From: Nitrosomonas sp.
GTDB taxonomy: Bacteria; Pseudomonadota; Gammaproteobacteria; Burkholderiales; Nitrosomonadaceae
Direction: 5' to 3'
Assembly (NCBI GenBank): GCA_021774265.1
Contig: JAJFJG010000063.1
Location: 1-61,813 of the forward strand
DNA length: 61,813 nt
The position numbers and the translations under genes are program-made. Shown here in pieces: positions 30,844-42,900 of the stretch; the stretch's first letter is position 1, and each line of letters starts with the position of its first letter. The notes beneath the pieces were generated by a model, which was given only the letters and a program-made list of their open reading frames with translations, was not told the origin of the DNA and did not search any database.

Positions 30844-32277
30844 CTAGATAGAATTAACGGGCGGACGAATATGAGCAAAAATTACTGTGAAGGATGTGAA
30901 AGAACTTGGCTCACTAGTAACTTTAATTTGTAGTTTATTATTTTCTGCTGCTATTTTTACGATAGACAACCCAATACCACTCGATGATTTATTATGTAAC
31001 GCTGCTCGAGGAGAGTAAAAATATTCATTAAAAATTTTTGGTAGGTCTTTGCTTTCAATGCCAATACCATGATCTGTAATGGTAAGACTTGCTGTCGCAT
31101 TAACTTGATCGACAATAGACCTAACTTCTACTTTTGAATTATTATGAGAGTATGTAATTGCATTTGAAATAATATTTTCCAGAAGAATTTCTAATTGATC
31201 TGGAATACCATAATAAATGAAATTATCTGTTTTAATATCCAATGCAATTTGCCTTGCATTTGCAACAGGAATTAACTTATCAACACACTTTTGCAAAGTT
31301 TTGTTAATATCAATCGGTTCAAATGCAGCCGTGTCTAAGCAAGTTTCTTTTAATCGCTGCAATCGAAGTAAATCTAAAATAAGACCTGACATGCTTTTAG
31401 CACGCTGATCTATTTTCACTAATGTTTCTTTTGTTTCATCTGAGGCATCACCACAATAACCTGCATTAATCAGGTTTATCTTACTGCGAATAGCATCTAA
31501 TGGCGACTTCAACTGATGCGTCATTAGCACAGCATATTGGTCTTTTTCTTCTTGCGCCTGATTAATCTTTTTGTACGCATCAACGAGGTAATGCTCATGA
31601 GTATGTACAACAATTGAGAGCCTTGAAACTACATACCAGACAATTACAAACAAAATATCTAAAGCGATCATCCATAAAAACGTATTACTTCTATACTGAT
31701 ATTCTTCAGAAAAACTGTAAGCAAATTTAATCGTATTTTGTGCTGAAATTACTAAAGAACTTTCAAGTAATAAAATAACCGTGTACATGATACATACCAG
31801 CACCGTCACAAGGAAACTTTCTATTGTTGAAAAGAATATACAAGCTAAAGCAATATGTAGCACATAGAAAAATGAAGCGGGCGTGGCAGTACTACCAACA
31901 TAATGCACAACAGCTGACAAACAGATTAAATCAATTACAATTTGCACCCATAAATTAATGGTAGGCGAGTTAAACCTTCCTTCTTTACAGTAATTTAGTG
32001 CATATATATAGAAAATATTAGCCAGACTTAATACTAATATAATTACAATTGGCCAGTTCTGATGTTCCATCACACCAAATTGCATCAGCGTGTTTGGCAC
32101 AAAAATAGCAGAAGCTTTGAGTATCACTAAAGCACCGATTACCGCCCAGCGAAAGATAATAAACCAGCGAATATTACTGACAAGAATCTTATCACTTAGT
32201 TTTAACCCATTGCCTCTTATCCCAGGCAATGTCGTTTTATTTTTAGATTGATGCCAATCAAACTCAGAAGTGGCCAT
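30844..32277 (-). CDS. multi-TM sensor histidine kinase
   Basis: About 6 N-terminal TMs; H-box THQLKSPL, N-box ENIISNAITYS, DHGIG, SSGIGL. Confidence 0.92.
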   Translation of the reverse strand: MATSEFDWHQSKNKTTLPGIRGNGLKLSDKILVSNIRWFIIFRWAVIGALVILKASAIFVPNTLMQFGVMEHQNWPIVIILVLSLANIFYIYALNYCKEGRFNSPTINLWVQIVIDLICLSAVVHYVGSTATPASFFYVLHIALACIFFSTIESFLVTVLVCIMYTVILLLESSLVISAQNTIKFAYSFSEEYQYRSNTFLWMIALDILFVIVWYVVSRLSIVVHTHEHYLVDAYKKINQAQEEKDQYAVLMTHQLKSPLDAIRSKINLINAGYCGDASDETKETLVKIDQRAKSMSGLILDLLRLQRLKETCLDTAAFEPIDINKTLQKCVDKLIPVANARQIALDIKTDNFIYYGIPDQLEILLENIISNAITYSHNNSKVEVRSIVDQVNATASLTITDHGIGIESKDLPKIFNEYFYSPRAALHNKSSSGIGLSIVKIAAENNKLQIKVTSEPSSFTSFTVIFAHIRPPVNSI

Positions 32278-32283
32278 CGCGAT

Positions 32284-32682
32284 TTAAGCTGACTTTTCGG
32301 CAGATCCACTATTTTCTAAGCGATCACGAATGGTTTCTAATAAACTAATAGGTTCTACGGGCTTTTCAAGAATACACACCCATTCATACTCACCATCCTC
32401 AAAATATGGCTTAATCATGTCGCCCAAAGAAGTCAAGAAAATGGCTTGCATATTTGGAAATCGATTGTGAACGTGCGCATAAGTAGTGAGTCCGGCATCC
32501 ATAGACTCAACCATCACGTCAAGAATCGCCAAATCAGGCAAATTAGCGCTATCTTCTAATGCATCAATAAAATCTTGCATAGTGAGGTAACTTGTTACTT
32601 CATACCCATTTTTAGTCAAAATGCGCGCAACGGCATCTCTAATATCCGAATCATCGTCGACATGAGCAATTCTTCCTGTCAT
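32284..32682 (-). CDS. single-domain (CheY-like) response regulator
   Basis: HVDDD, LDVMV (phospho-Asp), FLTS, LEKP; no output domain; ATG 32682 with SD GGAGG (track start 32733). Confidence 0.9.
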   Translation of the reverse strand: MTGRIAHVDDDSDIRDAVARILTKNGYEVTSYLTMQDFIDALEDSANLPDLAILDVMVESMDAGLTTYAHVHNRFPNMQAIFLTSLGDMIKPYFEDGEYEWVCILEKPVEPISLLETIRDRLENSGSAEKSA

Positions 32683-32951
32683 ACGAACACCTCCCCTTAG
32701 TAATATTTTAATAATTGAGGCTTTAAATACCAATCTTTAATCAGCATATTATTCTAGTCAGAATAAGCAGCAACTCCCTTTATCTTGTTTACTTATCCCA
32801 GATTTTTTATCACTGTAGACACAAATAAATAACGGCAATACAACCTCACTTCTATTATTGTTATAAAAACAATATACACCTTGCGATTCCAACTGAGCAA
32901 GTAATTTCTTTGGGGAAACACGGTAAACCGCCTTTTTGCAAACATTCAAAC

Positions 32952-33707
32952 TCATGTCACAGTCACTGTGCGCGGCATCTCCCCCAATTCTTTGTCAGCT
33001 TTACGAATCACTGTCGCCAAGGTTCTTCGCGCCTCTCGTATTTCTTTACCTAAATGTAGCAAGGTGGCAACATCGACAGATCCCTGATATAAAAGTGATA
33101 ATAAATGCAATATTTTGATGCTACCTTCGGGTTGAATAGCATGAAGTAGTTCAGCTGGCGGCGAAAAGTCAACCGGATTAGTTATTGCTCGTATCGCTAT
33201 AAATGGAGCCTCGTATTTCGCCGCTACTTCCGCAATTGCGGCACTTTCCATATCGTAGGCACATGCGCCAGTGACAGCACCTAACTCCAATTTTGCTTTT
33301 GCTGACGCTAAAACCCCAGGACTTGTTGTCAGTGTACCGCCGACAATTGTCAGATGCGGCGGTAACAGTGCTTCTACACGGTCACGCCATTCAAGCGACA
33401 CAGGATAACTGAACAATCCCTCTTCATCATCTTGAGGAATTTTCCCCGCATGGATTGATTCTGGGAGAATCAAGTCTCCAGAGCTTAACTTTGGATCTAA
33501 TGCACCTGCTATACCAAAGCTGACTAATGATGTTACTCCTAGCTCCAGCAATTCAGTTGCAGCTGATCGAGCCGCATCATCGCCCATACCACTCAGCCAG
33601 ACCACGGATCCCTCTGCCAAACGTACAATTCGATTGTAAGGCATACGAAAGGAGGAAACACAACTCGCCTCCATACGAAGCGCTGTAATAATCCCTACGA
33701 CACTCAT
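32952..33707 (-). CDS. nucleoside phosphorylase family protein, HpnG-like (hopanoid-associated)
   Basis: GIITALRMEA, SGMG, VSFGIAGALDP.L..GDL, DMESAAIA, AIRAI. Confidence 0.75.
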   Translation of the reverse strand: MSVVGIITALRMEASCVSSFRMPYNRIVRLAEGSVVWLSGMGDDAARSAATELLELGVTSLVSFGIAGALDPKLSSGDLILPESIHAGKIPQDDEEGLFSYPVSLEWRDRVEALLPPHLTIVGGTLTTSPGVLASAKAKLELGAVTGACAYDMESAAIAEVAAKYEAPFIAIRAITNPVDFSPPAELLHAIQPEGSIKILHLLSLLYQGSVDVATLLHLGKEIREARRTLATVIRKADKELGEMPRTVTVT

Positions 33708-33914
33708 AACGCATCACTCATTGAAAAATTAATTAATGCTGCATGGCTAATGATGTGTGAGACGGTAAGCATATGAAGAAATTTCATTATCATTCTAGAA
33801 GCCTTTTTAATATTTATTTCGAATCAATGATTAATTCATAATGACATAAATTTTCCATCTAATCATGGCGAGTTTCATACAACTAAATTACAAGTTAAAG
33901 GATCTCCACTCTAT

Positions 33915-35192
33915 TTATTTTGGAAAAGTAATATGAAAGGTAGATCCACTACCCGGCACACTTTCAACTTCAATCAACCAAGCATAATGATTACAAATAC
34001 GCTTTACAATTGCCAATCCGATACCAAGACCCTGACCTCTAGCAGAACCACGAAAGAAACGTTCATACAATAACGGAAGATAAGCTGGCTCAATACCAAT
34101 ACCAGAATCTATAATAGATAGCCGGTTGTTACTAAACTCAACACGAACAAATCCGTTTTTAGTGTATTGAACTGCATTACGAAGTAAATTTATCAATATC
34201 GTATGCAGCGCTTGGCGGTTTAATATGACGATAACATCTGGTGTGATATTGACCTCAAATACTATATGTTTGCGTTGAATTTCACTTAACAATGGATCAA
34301 CAGCGTCATAAACACACTCTGTCATTGCAACTGGTTCAATAGCACCTAACGATTGCTCGCGCGCTAGAAACAGCAATGCTTGTAACTGCTCACCCATACG
34401 TACTGTAGCTGCTTCAATTCTATTAATGCGCACCCTTACTTTGTCTGGCAATTCAGGTTCTGCATTTAATAATTCACAACTCGTTAGAATTGCTGTGATT
34501 GGAGTACGAAGCTCGTGACTAATATTTGCGGTAAACTCCTGCTCTCGAAGTAGAATCTGTTGGATACGAAGTTGATAGTCATCTAAAGCACGTGCAAGCT
34601 GGGCAACCTCTTCATCCATTTCCGGATTATTAAGTATCATGCCCTTTGCATCTTCAGGGACAAGAAGCTTTACACGTTCAGCAAGATCAGTTACCTGCCT
34701 CACAAGCAGCCCGGCCAACATATACCCCACCACAAAGGCTATACCAACCACACCGATTAAAGAAAATAAAATTAGAAAACGTAATTCGCTTAAACGCTGT
34801 TGATGCAACGTTGTATGGTAAGCAATGAGGAATTTAATACCTTTGATGTGCCTAACTGAAACACGAATATCTTGATAATTATAATCAATTCTGTGGTAGT
34901 TATTATTTAAGCCACGCAAATAACCAGGCATTCGAAGCTCATCATCAAGATTGCGTATTACATAACTTTGCAGATTAGACCCGACTTGAGGGGTAAAATC
35001 GGCATGTTGCCGATGGAGATGGATCATATGATCCATCTCCATTTGGATGACTTGATCGATATGAGCTTCTTCCATATCATCAGACGCAAAATATAAACTA
35101 ATACCAAGTCCGGCTGTAATAAATATACAAAATGTTGCCAGTGCTAGCGCAACACGTAACCGAAGACCTTGCTCAATCTTGAATCTGGGCAC
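33915..35192 (-). CDS. sensor histidine kinase (ColS-like; 2 TM, HAMP)
   Basis: FTANISHELRTP, NLLRNA, DSGIG, GLGIGLAIV; overlaps the cognate regulator. Confidence 0.93.
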   Translation of the reverse strand: MPRFKIEQGLRLRVALALATFCIFITAGLGISLYFASDDMEEAHIDQVIQMEMDHMIHLHRQHADFTPQVGSNLQSYVIRNLDDELRMPGYLRGLNNNYHRIDYNYQDIRVSVRHIKGIKFLIAYHTTLHQQRLSELRFLILFSLIGVVGIAFVVGYMLAGLLVRQVTDLAERVKLLVPEDAKGMILNNPEMDEEVAQLARALDDYQLRIQQILLREQEFTANISHELRTPITAILTSCELLNAEPELPDKVRVRINRIEAATVRMGEQLQALLFLAREQSLGAIEPVAMTECVYDAVDPLLSEIQRKHIVFEVNITPDVIVILNRQALHTILINLLRNAVQYTKNGFVRVEFSNNRLSIIDSGIGIEPAYLPLLYERFFRGSARGQGLGIGLAIVKRICNHYAWLIEVESVPGSGSTFHITFPK

Positions 35193-35862
35193 GTGGAGTT
35201 AAGCAATAACCAAGACCGTGAATTGTTTCAATGGGATCATATCCACAGGCCTTCGTTAAGGTTCGTCTTAGCACATGCATGTGACTACGTAAGGTGTCAC
35301 TTGTTTCTTGCACACCTTCCCAAGCTTCCGACTCAAGTTCCTGGCGACTAAACACACGACCAGGTTCGCTCATCATAAGCGCCAATAAACGAATACATTT
35401 TGGGGGTAATTTAACGCCCTTGTCTGCAAAACGTATCGATAGCGTTTTAGGATCAAATGAAAGATCATCAACTTCCAATTTTCGGCTTGCCACCTTACCA
35501 CTGCGACGCTTGTGCATTGCCGTCAAACGCGCTTCAACTTCTTTTAGCGCAAATGGTTTGACCAAGTAATCATCAGCACCATGGTCAAACCCAGCCAACT
35601 TATCATCAAGCGTATCTCGTGCTGTTAACATCAAAACAGGCGTGTCATTCTGTGATTCTTCGCGTAGCTTACGGCATAGCGACAACCCATTAATTCCTGG
35701 CAGACCGATATCAAGCAAAATGCAATCAAAACGTTGAGACACTGCAAGGTGGAGTCCTTCAACACCATCTGCAGCCGCATCGACGCTGTGTCCACATGAT
35801 TCCAGAAAATCATACAAATTGGCAGCAATTGCCAAATCATCCTCAATAATTAGTATATGCAC
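35173..35862 (-). CDS. OmpR/PhoB-family response regulator (ColR-like)
   Basis: IIEDD, LLDIGLPG, MLTARD, GADDYLVKPF, winged-helix IETIHGLGY. Confidence 0.94.
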   Translation of the reverse strand: MHILIIEDDLAIAANLYDFLESCGHSVDAAADGVEGLHLAVSQRFDCILLDIGLPGINGLSLCRKLREESQNDTPVLMLTARDTLDDKLAGFDHGADDYLVKPFALKEVEARLTAMHKRRSGKVASRKLEVDDLSFDPKTLSIRFADKGVKLPPKCIRLLALMMSEPGRVFSRQELESEAWEGVQETSDTLRSHMHVLRRTLTKACGYDPIETIHGLGYCLTPRAQIQD

Positions 35863-35907
35863 AGCAATATATTGCTAAATTAACTTTGTTACGATTAATC
35901 TAGTTCT

Positions 35908-36969
35908 TTAATGAAATTGTCGACTAAATGAATGAACTGTTTCAACTAACGTAGTGACACTTTCAGGTGGTGTAAACTGAGAAATACCGTGGCCAAGGTT
36001 AAATACATGACCGTTACCACTACCAAAGCTGGTAAGCACTTTCTCAGTTTCTGCTTTGATAGTTTCAGGACCAGCAAATAGAACTAAAGGATCAATATTG
36101 CCTTGTAATGCTACTTTATCTCCTACACGACGACGTGCATCGCCAATATCAACTGTCCAATCAAGACCTATAGCATCGCAACCACTTTCTGCGATACGTT
36201 CTAACCATAACCCGCCACCTTTGGTGAATATAACATTCGGAATACGTGCGCCATCATGTTCACGTTTTAACCCTGACAAGATTTGCTCCATATAGCGCAA
36301 CGAGAATTCCTGATAAGCTTCGTGAGATAATGCACCACCCCAGGTATCAAATATCATCACCGCTTGCGCACCTGATTCAATTTGGGCATTCAAATAAGCG
36401 GACACGGCCTGTGCGTTAATATCAAGAATGTGATGTAGCAATTCTGGCCGTTGATACATCATGGTTTTTATCTGACGAAAATCAGAACTGCCGCGCCCTT
36501 CAATCATATAGCAAGCCAATGTAAACGGGCTTCCTGAAAAACCAATGAGCGGCACCTGGTTATCTAATGCTGTACGAATCGATGAAACCGCATTCATGAC
36601 ATAACGCAGGTCAGTATTCATGTCCGGAACTTTTAACGCACGAATTTCTTTTTCTTCACGTAATGGACGCTCAAATCTTGGCCCCTCCCCTTCAGAAAAG
36701 TAAAGTCCAAGACCCATCGCATCTGGAATTGTAAGAATGTCAGAAAACAGAATGGCCGCATCCAACGGATAGCGTGCCAAAGGTTGCATGGTAACTTCAG
36801 TTGCAAAATCGCGATTCTTACACAACGCAAGAAAATTACCCGCACGTGCACGCGTTTCATTATATTCAGCCAGATAGCGCCCTGCCTGACGCATGAGCCA
36901 TACAGGCGTATAGTCAACAGGCTGCCTTAGCAGTGCCCGTAGCAATGTATTATTTTTAGGTGTTGTCAT
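35908..36969 (-). CDS. hemE: uroporphyrinogen decarboxylase
   Basis: [35 protein letters not shown]. Confidence 0.98.
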   Translation of the reverse strand: MTTPKNNTLLRALLRQPVDYTPVWLMRQAGRYLAEYNETRARAGNFLALCKNRDFATEVTMQPLARYPLDAAILFSDILTIPDAMGLGLYFSEGEGPRFERPLREEKEIRALKVPDMNTDLRYVMNAVSSIRTALDNQVPLIGFSGSPFTLACYMIEGRGSSDFRQIKTMMYQRPELLHHILDINAQAVSAYLNAQIESGAQAVMIFDTWGGALSHEAYQEFSLRYMEQILSGLKREHDGARIPNVIFTKGGGLWLERIAESGCDAIGLDWTVDIGDARRRVGDKVALQGNIDPLVLFAGPETIKAETEKVLTSFGSGNGHVFNLGHGISQFTPPESVTTLVETVHSFSRQFH

Positions 36970-37101
36970 TAAGAAACCTGTTAAATCATAAAATTTGATA
37001 ATGAATTTTTTTTATGTTAAAAATTCTTCACAAGACTGCTGATTTTATCAGTGATTGGCATTTACGTATATTGCCAATAAATTTTATCGTATTTATCCAA
37101 T

Positions 37102-38223
37102 TCACTCTTCTTCAATTGCAAACAAACGCTGATACTCCTTAATCGCATAGCGATCCGTCATTCCAGCAATATAATCAGCAATGGCTTGATGCTTTTCTTG
37201 CTGAAATTTTATTTGATGTTTATGCGGAAGAAGCTTGATATCGGCAGCAAAAACGTTGAACAATCGTTTAATCGTATGCTGTGCTTTACCACTCATACGC
37301 ACCACATGGTAGTGCCTGTATAGATTCTCACGCAGAAATTTTTTTAGCGTTTGTTGCTCTCTTTTAATCTTGTCACTAAAACCAATTAACGGTGGCAAAG
37401 AATGCACATCTGATAAATCCTTTAAGTGCACATCATTAATATTTTGGCTGCTTTGTGTGGTTAAATCGATGGCAAGGGTATTAATCATTCGACGGATGGT
37501 TTCATGAATCTTTCGTCGATCCGCCAAACCAGGATGCTGTTTTTCAACTTGCGCCAAATGGCGAGAAAAAATTTCAACATCTTCTAATTGCGACTGGGTA
37601 ATTAACCCCGAGCGTAGGCCATCGTCCACATCATGGTTATTGTAAGCTACTTCATCAGCTAAATTAGCCAACTGTGCTTCCAGCGAAGGTCGTTTACTTT
37701 CAATGAAGCGCGCGCCAACCTCTCCAAGTTTCCGTGCATTGACTTTAGTCACATGCTTCAATATTCCTTCACGCGTTTCAAAACAAAGATTTAGTCCATC
37801 AAATGTAGCGTAACGCTCTTCCAAAACATCAACTACTCGTAAAGATTGTAAATTATGTTCAAACCCTCCGTATTCCTTCATGCATTCATCTAACGCGTCC
37901 TGACCCGCATGACCAAAGGGTGTATGGCCTAAATCATGTGCTAGCGTAATGGCCTCCACCAAATCTTCATTCAGCTGCAGATTACGTGCAATAGAACGAC
38001 CAATTTGTGCAACTTCTAAACTATGTGTTAGTCGAGTGCGAAACAGATCCCCTTCGTGATTCACAAAGACCTGAGTTTTGTATTCTAGCCGGCGAAACGC
38101 ACTCGAATGTATAATTCGATCTCGGTCACGCTGAAACTCGCTACGTCCATTCGGTGGCGTTTCAATAACTCGACGTCCCCGAGAATTCGTCGATAATACT
38201 GCGTAGGGCGCCAAATTATTCAT
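37102..38223 (-). CDS. dgt: deoxyguanosinetriphosphate triphosphohydrolase
   Basis: [53 protein letters not shown]. Confidence 0.96.
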   Translation of the reverse strand: MNNLAPYAVLSTNSRGRRVIETPPNGRSEFQRDRDRIIHSSAFRRLEYKTQVFVNHEGDLFRTRLTHSLEVAQIGRSIARNLQLNEDLVEAITLAHDLGHTPFGHAGQDALDECMKEYGGFEHNLQSLRVVDVLEERYATFDGLNLCFETREGILKHVTKVNARKLGEVGARFIESKRPSLEAQLANLADEVAYNNHDVDDGLRSGLITQSQLEDVEIFSRHLAQVEKQHPGLADRRKIHETIRRMINTLAIDLTTQSSQNINDVHLKDLSDVHSLPPLIGFSDKIKREQQTLKKFLRENLYRHYHVVRMSGKAQHTIKRLFNVFAADIKLLPHKHQIKFQQEKHQAIADYIAGMTDRYAIKEYQRLFAIEEE

Positions 38224-39883
38224 GTGTGCATGCGACTACCGTTTCAGTTAATGCGTCTAGTGGTATATCTGAATACATACTGGCTTCGCCGATTCGGTTG
38301 AGCAAAATAAAACGTATTTTTCCAGCGCTGACTTTTTTATCGAGCGACATCAATTCTAGATATTTCTCTGTCGAGAATTTTGGCGCAACAACAGGTAGGC
38401 CCGTTTCTATAAATATTTTACGAATACGAAACACATCCACTTCATCGATTAAGCCAAGCCGCTTAGACAATTCGGCTGCCATAATGATACCTGTCGCAAC
38501 CGCCTCACCATGTAACCAAACCCCATAACCCATGCCATTTTCAATAGCATGGCCAAAAGTATGTCCAAGGTTTAATAATGCACGCACACCATTTTCTTTT
38601 TCATCTGCCGCAACAATTTCAGCCTTCATTTCGCAACTACGGCGAATGGCTTCGTGTAAAACGCTGGGTTCTCTGTCTAGTAGTTGTTTCATATTCTGCT
38701 CTAGCCAATCAAAGAAGCTGAGATCCCGTATCAATCCATATTTAACAACTTCAGCAATGCCAGCACGCAGCTCTCTATCAGGCAGCGTATCCAATGTTGA
38801 ACTATCCGCCAGCACTAGCTTTGGCTGGTAAAACGCACCAATCATGTTTTTACCCTGCGGATGATTGATACCTGTTTTACCACCAACGGAGGAATCAACT
38901 TGTGCAAGCAATGTCGTGGGAATCTGAATAAATGGCACGCCTCGCAGGAATGAAGCCGCAGCAAAACCTGTCAAGTCACCAACCACACCACCACCCAACG
39001 CTACAATTGTCGTGTTTCGTTCACAACGGTGAGATAGCAATGCATCAAATATTTGATTCATGGTCTCCCAGTTCTTATAGGACTCCCCGTCTGGAAGAAT
39101 AACAGGAACAGACTCCACGCCATGACGACCAAGTGATTTACGTAATTTATCCAAATAAAGCGGTGCAACCGTCATATTACTAATAATTGCCACGCGTTTC
39201 TGTGAAAGATGCGGCAAAATCAGGTCAGCTTGGTTCAATAAATTATTGCCAATATGAATAGGGTAGCTGCGTTGTTCCAGTGAGTTTACTAAATCCACAG
39301 TAATCGTTTGCATCATTTCCTTTTTCTTCTTATAAACTACAAGCTGTTGCGCCAATTTATTAACAAGATTACGAACCCCCTGTGAACTACTATCTATGAC
39401 AAGATGCGCAGCTTCACGATAAAATTCATCACGTTCAGCGAGAAGTTGAGTTAATTTGGCATGTAGGTTCTTGGTTTGGAGTAAGGGACGGTTTTTATCA
39501 TGCCGAGTGCGACGCTGCAAATCAATTACCGCAGCGCGTAGATACACAACTGTTCCATGGCGTTTTAATAAATCACGATTATTTTCACTCAAAATAGCGC
39601 CACCACCTGTTGCGAGCACAACATTATCCATTTTTACCAGCTCTTGGAGCACTTCCGTTTCGCGTCTGCGGAAACCCGTTTCCCCTTCGATATCGAAGAT
39701 AACAGGAATCTTCACTCCCGTACGCTCTTGAATTTCATGGTCAGAATCTACAAATGTTTTCCCGGTGTAATTCGCCAAAGACCTACCAATGGTCGTTTTC
39801 CCTGAACCCATCATCCCAACCAGGAAAATATTACCGTTTCCTATTTGCATTTTTTTATTAGTATAAGACGATTCCATATTCAC
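38216..39883 (-). CDS. aroKB: bifunctional shikimate kinase / 3-dehydroquinate synthase
   Basis: N-part [18 protein letters not shown] (AroK); C-part [38 protein letters not shown] (AroB) in one frame; true start may be ATG 39850. Confidence 0.93.
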   Translation of the reverse strand: MNMESSYTNKKMQIGNGNIFLVGMMGSGKTTIGRSLANYTGKTFVDSDHEIQERTGVKIPVIFDIEGETGFRRRETEVLQELVKMDNVVLATGGGAILSENNRDLLKRHGTVVYLRAAVIDLQRRTRHDKNRPLLQTKNLHAKLTQLLAERDEFYREAAHLVIDSSSQGVRNLVNKLAQQLVVYKKKKEMMQTITVDLVNSLEQRSYPIHIGNNLLNQADLILPHLSQKRVAIISNMTVAPLYLDKLRKSLGRHGVESVPVILPDGESYKNWETMNQIFDALLSHRCERNTTIVALGGGVVGDLTGFAAASFLRGVPFIQIPTTLLAQVDSSVGGKTGINHPQGKNMIGAFYQPKLVLADSSTLDTLPDRELRAGIAEVVKYGLIRDLSFFDWLEQNMKQLLDREPSVLHEAIRRSCEMKAEIVAADEKENGVRALLNLGHTFGHAIENGMGYGVWLHGEAVATGIIMAAELSKRLGLIDEVDVFRIRKIFIETGLPVVAPKFSTEKYLELMSLDKKVSAGKIRFILLNRIGEASMYSDIPLDALTETVVACTHE

Positions 39884-39942
39884 AATTGTAACGGAAATGC
39901 CTTTGGCTGAGCTGTTACAAACTCAAGTTATTCCATTTTCGA

Positions 39943-39982
39943 ATTTTTATTTTTTATTTTTTATTTTTTATTTTTTATTTTT
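39943..39982. repeat. heptanucleotide (ATTTTTT)n simple repeat over the RND stop codon
   Basis: A at 39949, 39956, 39963, 39970, 39977 (period 7), plus a 6-nt unit from 39943. Confidence 0.8.
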
Positions 39983-42900
39983 CTTATGATGCGTAACTAA
40001 CTTTGCCTTTTCATTGTTATTCCCATTTGCTGGCAATGCCGGTTCTTGCTTGCTGACAAACCAAGAGAAAAACATTGGAATAAATATCGTCGCAACAAAG
40101 GCTGCCATAATCATGCCACCAAATACGCCGGTACCCATTGATTGCCGTGCAGCTGAGCCAGCACCCGTTGCAATGACTAACGGCACGACACCTAAGATAA
40201 ACGCCAAAGATGTCATTACAATAGGACGAAAACGTAATTGTGCTGATTGAATTGCTGCTTGCTTAATTGACATACCCTCTTTTAATTTCTGGTTGGCAAA
40301 TTCCACTAACAAAATAGCATTTTTAGCCGCCAACCCAATCAGCGTCACCATACCTATTTGAAAATAAACATCATTCGGCATATCACGTAATAAAACAGCG
40401 ATAAGTGCACCAGCCATTGCAAAAGGCACGGCCATAATAACGGCTAAAGGTAATGCCCAGGTTTCAAATTGCGCGGCCAAAATAAGAAACACCATAATAA
40501 GAGCCAGTGTAAAAGCAAACAAAGCAGCAGAACCTAAGCTTTTTTCTTGAAATGCAGTGCCTGTCCAAGCAATTTGGTAACCTTCAGGTAAAGTTTGTGC
40601 GGCCACACGCTCAACTAACTCAAGCGCATCGCCCGAACTAACTCCTGCCTCACCTCGTCCTAGCAGTCTGGCCGATAACAAACCATTAAACCGCTCTAAT
40701 TGCTCTGCACCAACAACATGCTTAACGGTACTCAAGGCTGACAAAGGAATCATTGAACCGGATACAGAACGCACATAAACTTTACCCAAATCCTCTGGCT
40801 TCATCCGATAGGCGGATTCTGCCTGTAATTGCACACGGTAAGTTCGCCCTGATCGGTTGAAATCATTGACGTACAACGACCCCATCGTACTTTGCAATGC
40901 TGTGTAAATATCTGCGATAGCAATCCCTTGTGTAATAGCTTTAGCTTCATCGACTTCAACAAATAATTGTGGAATAGTTGGACGATAAAAAGTGTTAATA
41001 GATGCCAGTTTCGGCTCTTGTTTTAATGCGCTCATAAAATCATTCACGACAACCGATAATTGCAACGGATCAGAGCTCTCACGGCTTTGCACGTACAGCT
41101 CAAACCCTCCTGTACTGCCTAACCCACGAATAGCCGGCGGATTAAAAGCAACCACTAACCCGTCTGTTTGCTGCGAACCAATATTAGATAGCTTATCAAC
41201 CATATCTTCAGCCGTTGTTGTACGTTCTGACCAGTCAGTCATACGTAGAAACATGGTCGCCACATTAGTTTTGTTTCCGCCACCAATAAAGTCCAACCCA
41301 TTGACTGCAAACTGAAAAGCGACCGAAGGGTCTTTCTCCACCTCAGCACGCACAGCATCCATTGTATTTACGGTACGTGAAAGTGTCGCACTATCTGGCA
41401 ATATAACCGAAGTGATCACATATCCTTGATCTTCTGGTGGCACCAGACTATTTGGAATTAATTTTAATAAAATAAGGACGCCACCTATCAGTGCCACGAA
41501 TATGAACGAACTAATGACCTTATGGTGTAATGTCGAATTAACCATACCCACATAAAAACCACGCACATGGTCAAAACCACGATTAAAATACCTGAAGAAT
41601 GTTGCTTTATTATGGTTCGAATTAAGCAACATGGCACAGAGTGTGGGCGTCAGCGTTAATGCTACCACACCAGAGATAACACCCGCCACCGCGACAGTCA
41701 CTGCAAATTGGCGATATAACTCCCCCGCAATACCTCCCAAGAATGCCACCGGAACAAACACTGCAACCAACACTAACGTCATCGCGACAACCGCACTGGA
41801 CACCTGCTGCATGGCCTTGATAGCCGCATTAATCGGCGATAATTTCTCTTCGGAAATCAAACGTTCAATGTTTTCTAGCACTACAATCGCGTCATCAACC
41901 ACAATACCAATCGACAACACCATGGCAAACAGCGTCATAGTGTTTATCGAGTAACCTAACAGCCATAAACCCGCAAATGTTCCAATCAGTGAAATAGGTA
42001 CAGCGATAATCGGAATAAGAGTTGCACGCCAGCTTTGCAAGAAAACATAGACCACTAAAACGACCAGCAACATGGCTTCAGCCAATGTCTTGACGACCTC
42101 CCAAATTGAAGACTTTACAAAGTCACTGGTGTCGTAAGGAATGACATATTTAATACCCTCAGGAAATACTTGTTTCAGTTCCTCCATTTTGGATTTGATC
42201 GCAGCGGCAGTTTCCAACGCATTAGAGCCTGTTTGCAAAAAAATACCAATACCAACACCCGGCTCACCATTGAGTATGGTACGAATATCGTAATCTTGTG
42301 CACCCAGTTCAATACTGGCAACATCTTTTAAATACAACACACCACGCGCTCCATCTGCACGTAAAATAATATTGCCAAACTGCTCGGGTTCCAGTAACCG
42401 ACCTTTTGCAGTCACCGTGTAAACCAACTGTTGGTCTGCTAGTGCCGGTTCCTGGCCTATTTTTCCTGCGGCATACTGCGTATTTTGTGCTCGAATGGCC
42501 GCTGTAATGTCACCGGTTGTAATTCCCAATTGCGCCATACGGTCTGGGCGCAACCAAATACGCATAGCATAATCTTGTGCCCCAAAAATTCTGGCTTCAC
42601 CAACACCTGTTGTTCGCTTTAAATCATCAAGAAAATTATTAGTAATATAGTTACTAATGAAAAGCGGAGTATGCGCTTCATCACCAGAAGTCACAGCAAA
42701 AACCAGCAATAAATCATTTGCCCGCTTTTGTACGGTAACCCCCGTACGCCTCACTTCATCAGGTAAACGCGGCAATGCAATATTGAGCCGATTACTGACG
42801 TTGAATGTCGCCATATCAATATCAGTTCCAATTTCAAACGTCACCGTAATCGTTAATTGTCCACTAGAATCTGCGCTAGAACTAAAATATAGTAACCCTT

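Larger units (their letters stand above)
29280..30846 (-). mobile_element. degenerate IS5-family insertion sequence
   Basis: Terminal inverted repeats TAGTCGCTCCTAAAAA (from 29280) and TTTTTAGGATCGACTA (to 30846), 1 mismatch; outer TA may be the target duplication; encloses transposase relics. Confidence 0.88.

Noticed and set aside
32758-32955. 65-aa ORF overlapping the phosphorylase stop
   Set aside because: The ATGA overlap is suggestive, but there is no motif, TM or other support.
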